This document shows positions 60,633-64,000 of a stretch of DNA of 64,000 bases, piece by piece. The translations under genes and the position numbers were made by a program. The notes beneath the pieces are model-generated. The model had not been told where the DNA came from, did no database searches, and saw only the letters and a program-made list of their open reading frames with translations. How positions within the stretch are numbered: the stretch's first letter is position 1; each line of letters opens with the position of its first letter. Source of the stretch: Hormiphora californensis (lineage: Eukaryota; Animalia; Ctenophora); the NCBI GenBank assembly GCA_020137815.1, contig CM035360.1:5332001-5396000 (forward strand), read 5' to 3'.

Positions 60633-62755
60633 AGTAAGAGTGGCGCGCCATGTTTTCTCACAAAACTTGGTACGGTATCGAAAATTTCCAATTCTGTCTC
60701 GTTCATTAGTTATGACGTAATATGTTCATTATTTAAACTTTTATAAAATTGCTATTCAGAAAAATCCGTGCATTGTGGATTGAAATGGATGCTTGCATCG
60801 TGTTCAGCGTCAAAAAAATAGCCGGGGTACCAAATTTTGGTGTCTCTACCTTGTCTGTGACGCGAGATATCGACAATTATCAAAAACGACCAAAGTCATT
60901 CACTTCTTGTTTTGTTGTAATTGTTAGGTCACGGCTCTCCCTCCTCTCCGGGCCTTCTCAAATTTCACCACTTTGTAAATATCTCGATCTACCAAGTCCC
61001 GCCATCCCCTGCTACTGTGAAGATACAGCAAACAAAGGACCAGCTACCGGTCACAGATCTACATTCTCAAATCAGATAAGACCATTCATGTTATTGTGTT
61101 GTTCATTATTCATTTCTAGTGTAGTCTAGGGGGTGTAGTGGTGCTGCTCATGAGTTGGACATGGTGTCTGGTGTTTGTTTAGTTTTTTGTCATAGCATGG
61201 TTTACTTTCTTCTTTCATATCTGGTTTGTCCATTCATTTAGTTGTATTTGTCATTTATCGTTCATCATGTCTAGTCCAGGCCAGGGACTGGAGCTTAGCA
61301 TGAGTTGGTTTTGGTGTTTGTCTAGTTGTTTTTACTCCTTTCCCACGTTATAATTTTTTACTACTAGTTGGTAGGTAACATGTTTCAGGGCACGTTTCCA
61401 GCTCAGGCAAGGGTAAGGCCATGCACTCACTCCAGGACCTGGCAGAGTTTTCTGTGGGATGAGAGGGGTGGTTCAGGGGCTTCAGGGGGTTCTTGCCCGG
61501 GGTCAGGGCTGTTCTGTTCTCCCTAATAAGGGAGTAGTGGGGAGGGCCTGGTCTTTGGGGGAGGCAGGGAGGGGCTAGTTTTGGGATGGTTGGGATTGGA
61601 TGGGGTTGTTTGTCTCCTCCAACTCAAACAGGTCCTGTATAGGGTACACAATTCAGCCATACCATTCCAATCAGGTCGACCAAGGGTAAGAAATGAAAAC
61701 AGATAATAATCACAAATCTTAACACCCCTTATTGCTAGGGAGTTCATTTGCAGGGCATGCTCCCGATAAGGAGCGGTAAGTTCACTCGCCCACACTACCA
61801 CAACTATCATTCTTCAGGTACCTGGATCTCGGTAATGCTCTTCCAAATAGCACAAGCCACCTCCCCATTTTTCAGTACACTCCGTTTCCTCCCTCCCTCT
61901 CTCACCCTGTCTCTCTATCTCTCTCTCTCTCTCTCCTTTCCTGTTCCTGTGGGTCGTGGGCGGGTGGGTTGTAGTTTCCCTTTGGTTGGCATTCCGGTAG
62001 TAGGCCCGGTTTTTCCTCGGTTTTCCATGTCACTGAGGCGGGTTTTCCCGCCTCGCTGCTCGTCCGGGGATTTAATCTGGTCTACGCTGGGTCCCAATTA
62101 GTCTAGTTCTTCCTCTCCTTCTGGTTCGGGACCAGTCTCGGTGTTAATTGCCCTTCCTGGTTTCCTATTTCCACTCCTCGTTTCTTCCAATTCTTTCTCG
62201 TCTAGTTCTCCTTTTTTATCTCTCCTTTTGATCGGGGTCCCAATTAGCGGGTGTAGGTAGCTTATTTCTTCTCCTTGTCCTGTCTTCTTGTGTTTCCCTT
62301 CTCCTCTATCTCCTTTTCTCTCCTCTTATCTCTGATCTCTCCCCTTTTCTCTCTCTCTCACTTTCTCTCTCCAGCTTTCTCTCTCTTCCCCCCGCTCTCT
62401 TTCTATCTATCTGCTATCGCCTCTTCTTTCCCTCCCTTCTCCCTCTCCCGCTCTTCTGACCAGATCGCACCCTCATATATCCCACCAAAACTTTTCAGCT
62501 GGCCAGTGGGTAGGGGGTTGGAAAGCCATCTGGCGGAACATTGTCCAATCCACTGGACACCCATGTAAAATTTGGACCTAGTGGCATCACTCACACACCC
62601 CAAGTACACCGTATTACCCTATACATGCACGAACAAAACCAGTCACGACCATATTTCTCCAGAAACCCTGATGATACCACGTACCCGTGATCAGTGCCTC
62701 GCTACCTATTATCATAAGCCGCATACAATCGGGTGTGTGGTACAGTTCTTCCCCA

Positions 62756-62830
<75 letters not shown>

Positions 62831-63779
62831 CCCCCTCTCTCTCCCCCTCTCTCGCTATTGTCGATATGATGATAGGAGCAAGCCGGGATATTATCATTAT
62901 ATGCAGTGTGTATATTGATTTTATCCTTTTTCTTATCATCCTCTCTCCCTCCAATCCCCAACCTCGTCCCCTACCTCCCCCTTCCCTTCTACCTAACCCT
63001 TATCTGGTGCTGGCAGTACTCTACATGCATTGCCCGATCTGGGTCGCCACGCGGCCTTGATCTCAGCTCCAGAGTGCTGCCTTTTCCTCTACCCTCTCCA
63101 GTCCGTCAGTTTGTCAGCAACCCTATCATATATGTGCTAGCCAGCGCTGTCAGGGTTGCGTCCGAAATCATGTCTATAACTTTGTTTGACAAAACTGCTC
63201 TGCGTGCTATCGAGATTGTTAGCACACACTCGTTGATTGGGTGAGTCGGACAGTGTCGGTGCAAGGCACCGAGGTCAAGCAAGGGACCGTATTGAGAGCT
63301 ATTATCATTGCTTGGCGGCATCCAATAGTCGGACCGCCCCATGGATTGAGAAATAGCCACGTGGAGGTGAAAAAAAAAAAAAAAAAAAAAAAAAACGACC
63401 AAAGTGAGAGAAAGAGAGTTTGTTACAGTTGGGTGGCGCGCACAAACAACTAGCACCCAAAGATAACAAACTCTCTCTCACCCATTTTGGTTGTTTTTTA
63501 TATTTGTCAATATCTCGCGTCACAGACAAGGTAGAGACACCAAAATTTGGTACCCCGGCTATTTTTTGACGCTGAACACGATGCAAGCATCCATTTCAAT
63601 CCACAATGCACAGATTTTTCTGTGGAGCAATTTTATAAAAGTTTAAATAATGAACATATTACGTCATAACTAATGAACGAGATAGAATTGGAAATTTTCG
63701 ATACCGTACCAATGGTCCTGGTGGTACTCCCCGTTCATCCACTAAGTTTTGTGAGAAAACACGGCGCACCACTCTTACT
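60633..63779. mobile_element. Non-autonomous Kolobok-like DNA transposon (TTAA TSD, ~260-bp TIRs) with 2.6-kb interior
   Basis: TTAA|AGTAAGAGTGG... and ...CCACTCTTACT|TTAA; 60633-60895 mirrors about 63485-63779, and the right arm has a ~30-bp insertion. Confidence 0.82.
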
Positions 63780-64000
63780 TTAACATATCAATCAGAGTTT
63801 GACATGCAACACCAGCTAAGAATCCCAGTTTGAGGCTAAACTCAAATGCAGAGTTCCTGAACCATACCTCAGCTTCCAAAATACCCCAGCTTCCGAACCA
63901 ATCAGTCTGGATCACACGTATAGTTCCAAGCTATATTAATATAGAACATGATGCAGAAGTTCTATCTATTCCATATTTGTTCACATGTCGTTCGGAGATG

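Overview
Eukaryotic, intron-rich animal DNA with very dense (CT)n/(GA)n microsatellites. The repeat families resemble those I associate with the ctenophore Pleurobrachia; this is an inference, not a database result. Six spliced protein genes can be rebuilt by GT-AG and phase logic. On the + strand: a Myb/SANT-like (trihelix-type) DNA-binding protein, an MXD/MAD-type SID-bHLH repressor, and a PDZ + tandem-PH protein. On the - strand: a long acidic protein ending in a villin headpiece, a SAM-domain/coiled-coil protein, and the 3' end of MSH4. The introns carry many mobile elements: a 5'-truncated CR1/L2-type LINE, two intact ORF1-only LINE-like units with their own simple-repeat tails and no RT, a 1.46-kb near-perfect palindromic Chapaev-type element, a three-layer nested DNA-transposon stack, two copies of a 109-bp hAT-type MITE beside splice donors, a Tc1/pogo MITE and a 3.1-kb Kolobok-type element. 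The most notable observations are the ORF1-only retroelements and a second, hidden headpiece-encoding last exon. Several blocks (about 19.2-19.5, 26.6-28.0, 36.4-39.3, 46.2-48.9 and 55.1-56.4 kb) look like homopolymer-inflated low-quality consensus, so frameshifts and ORFs there are unreliable.
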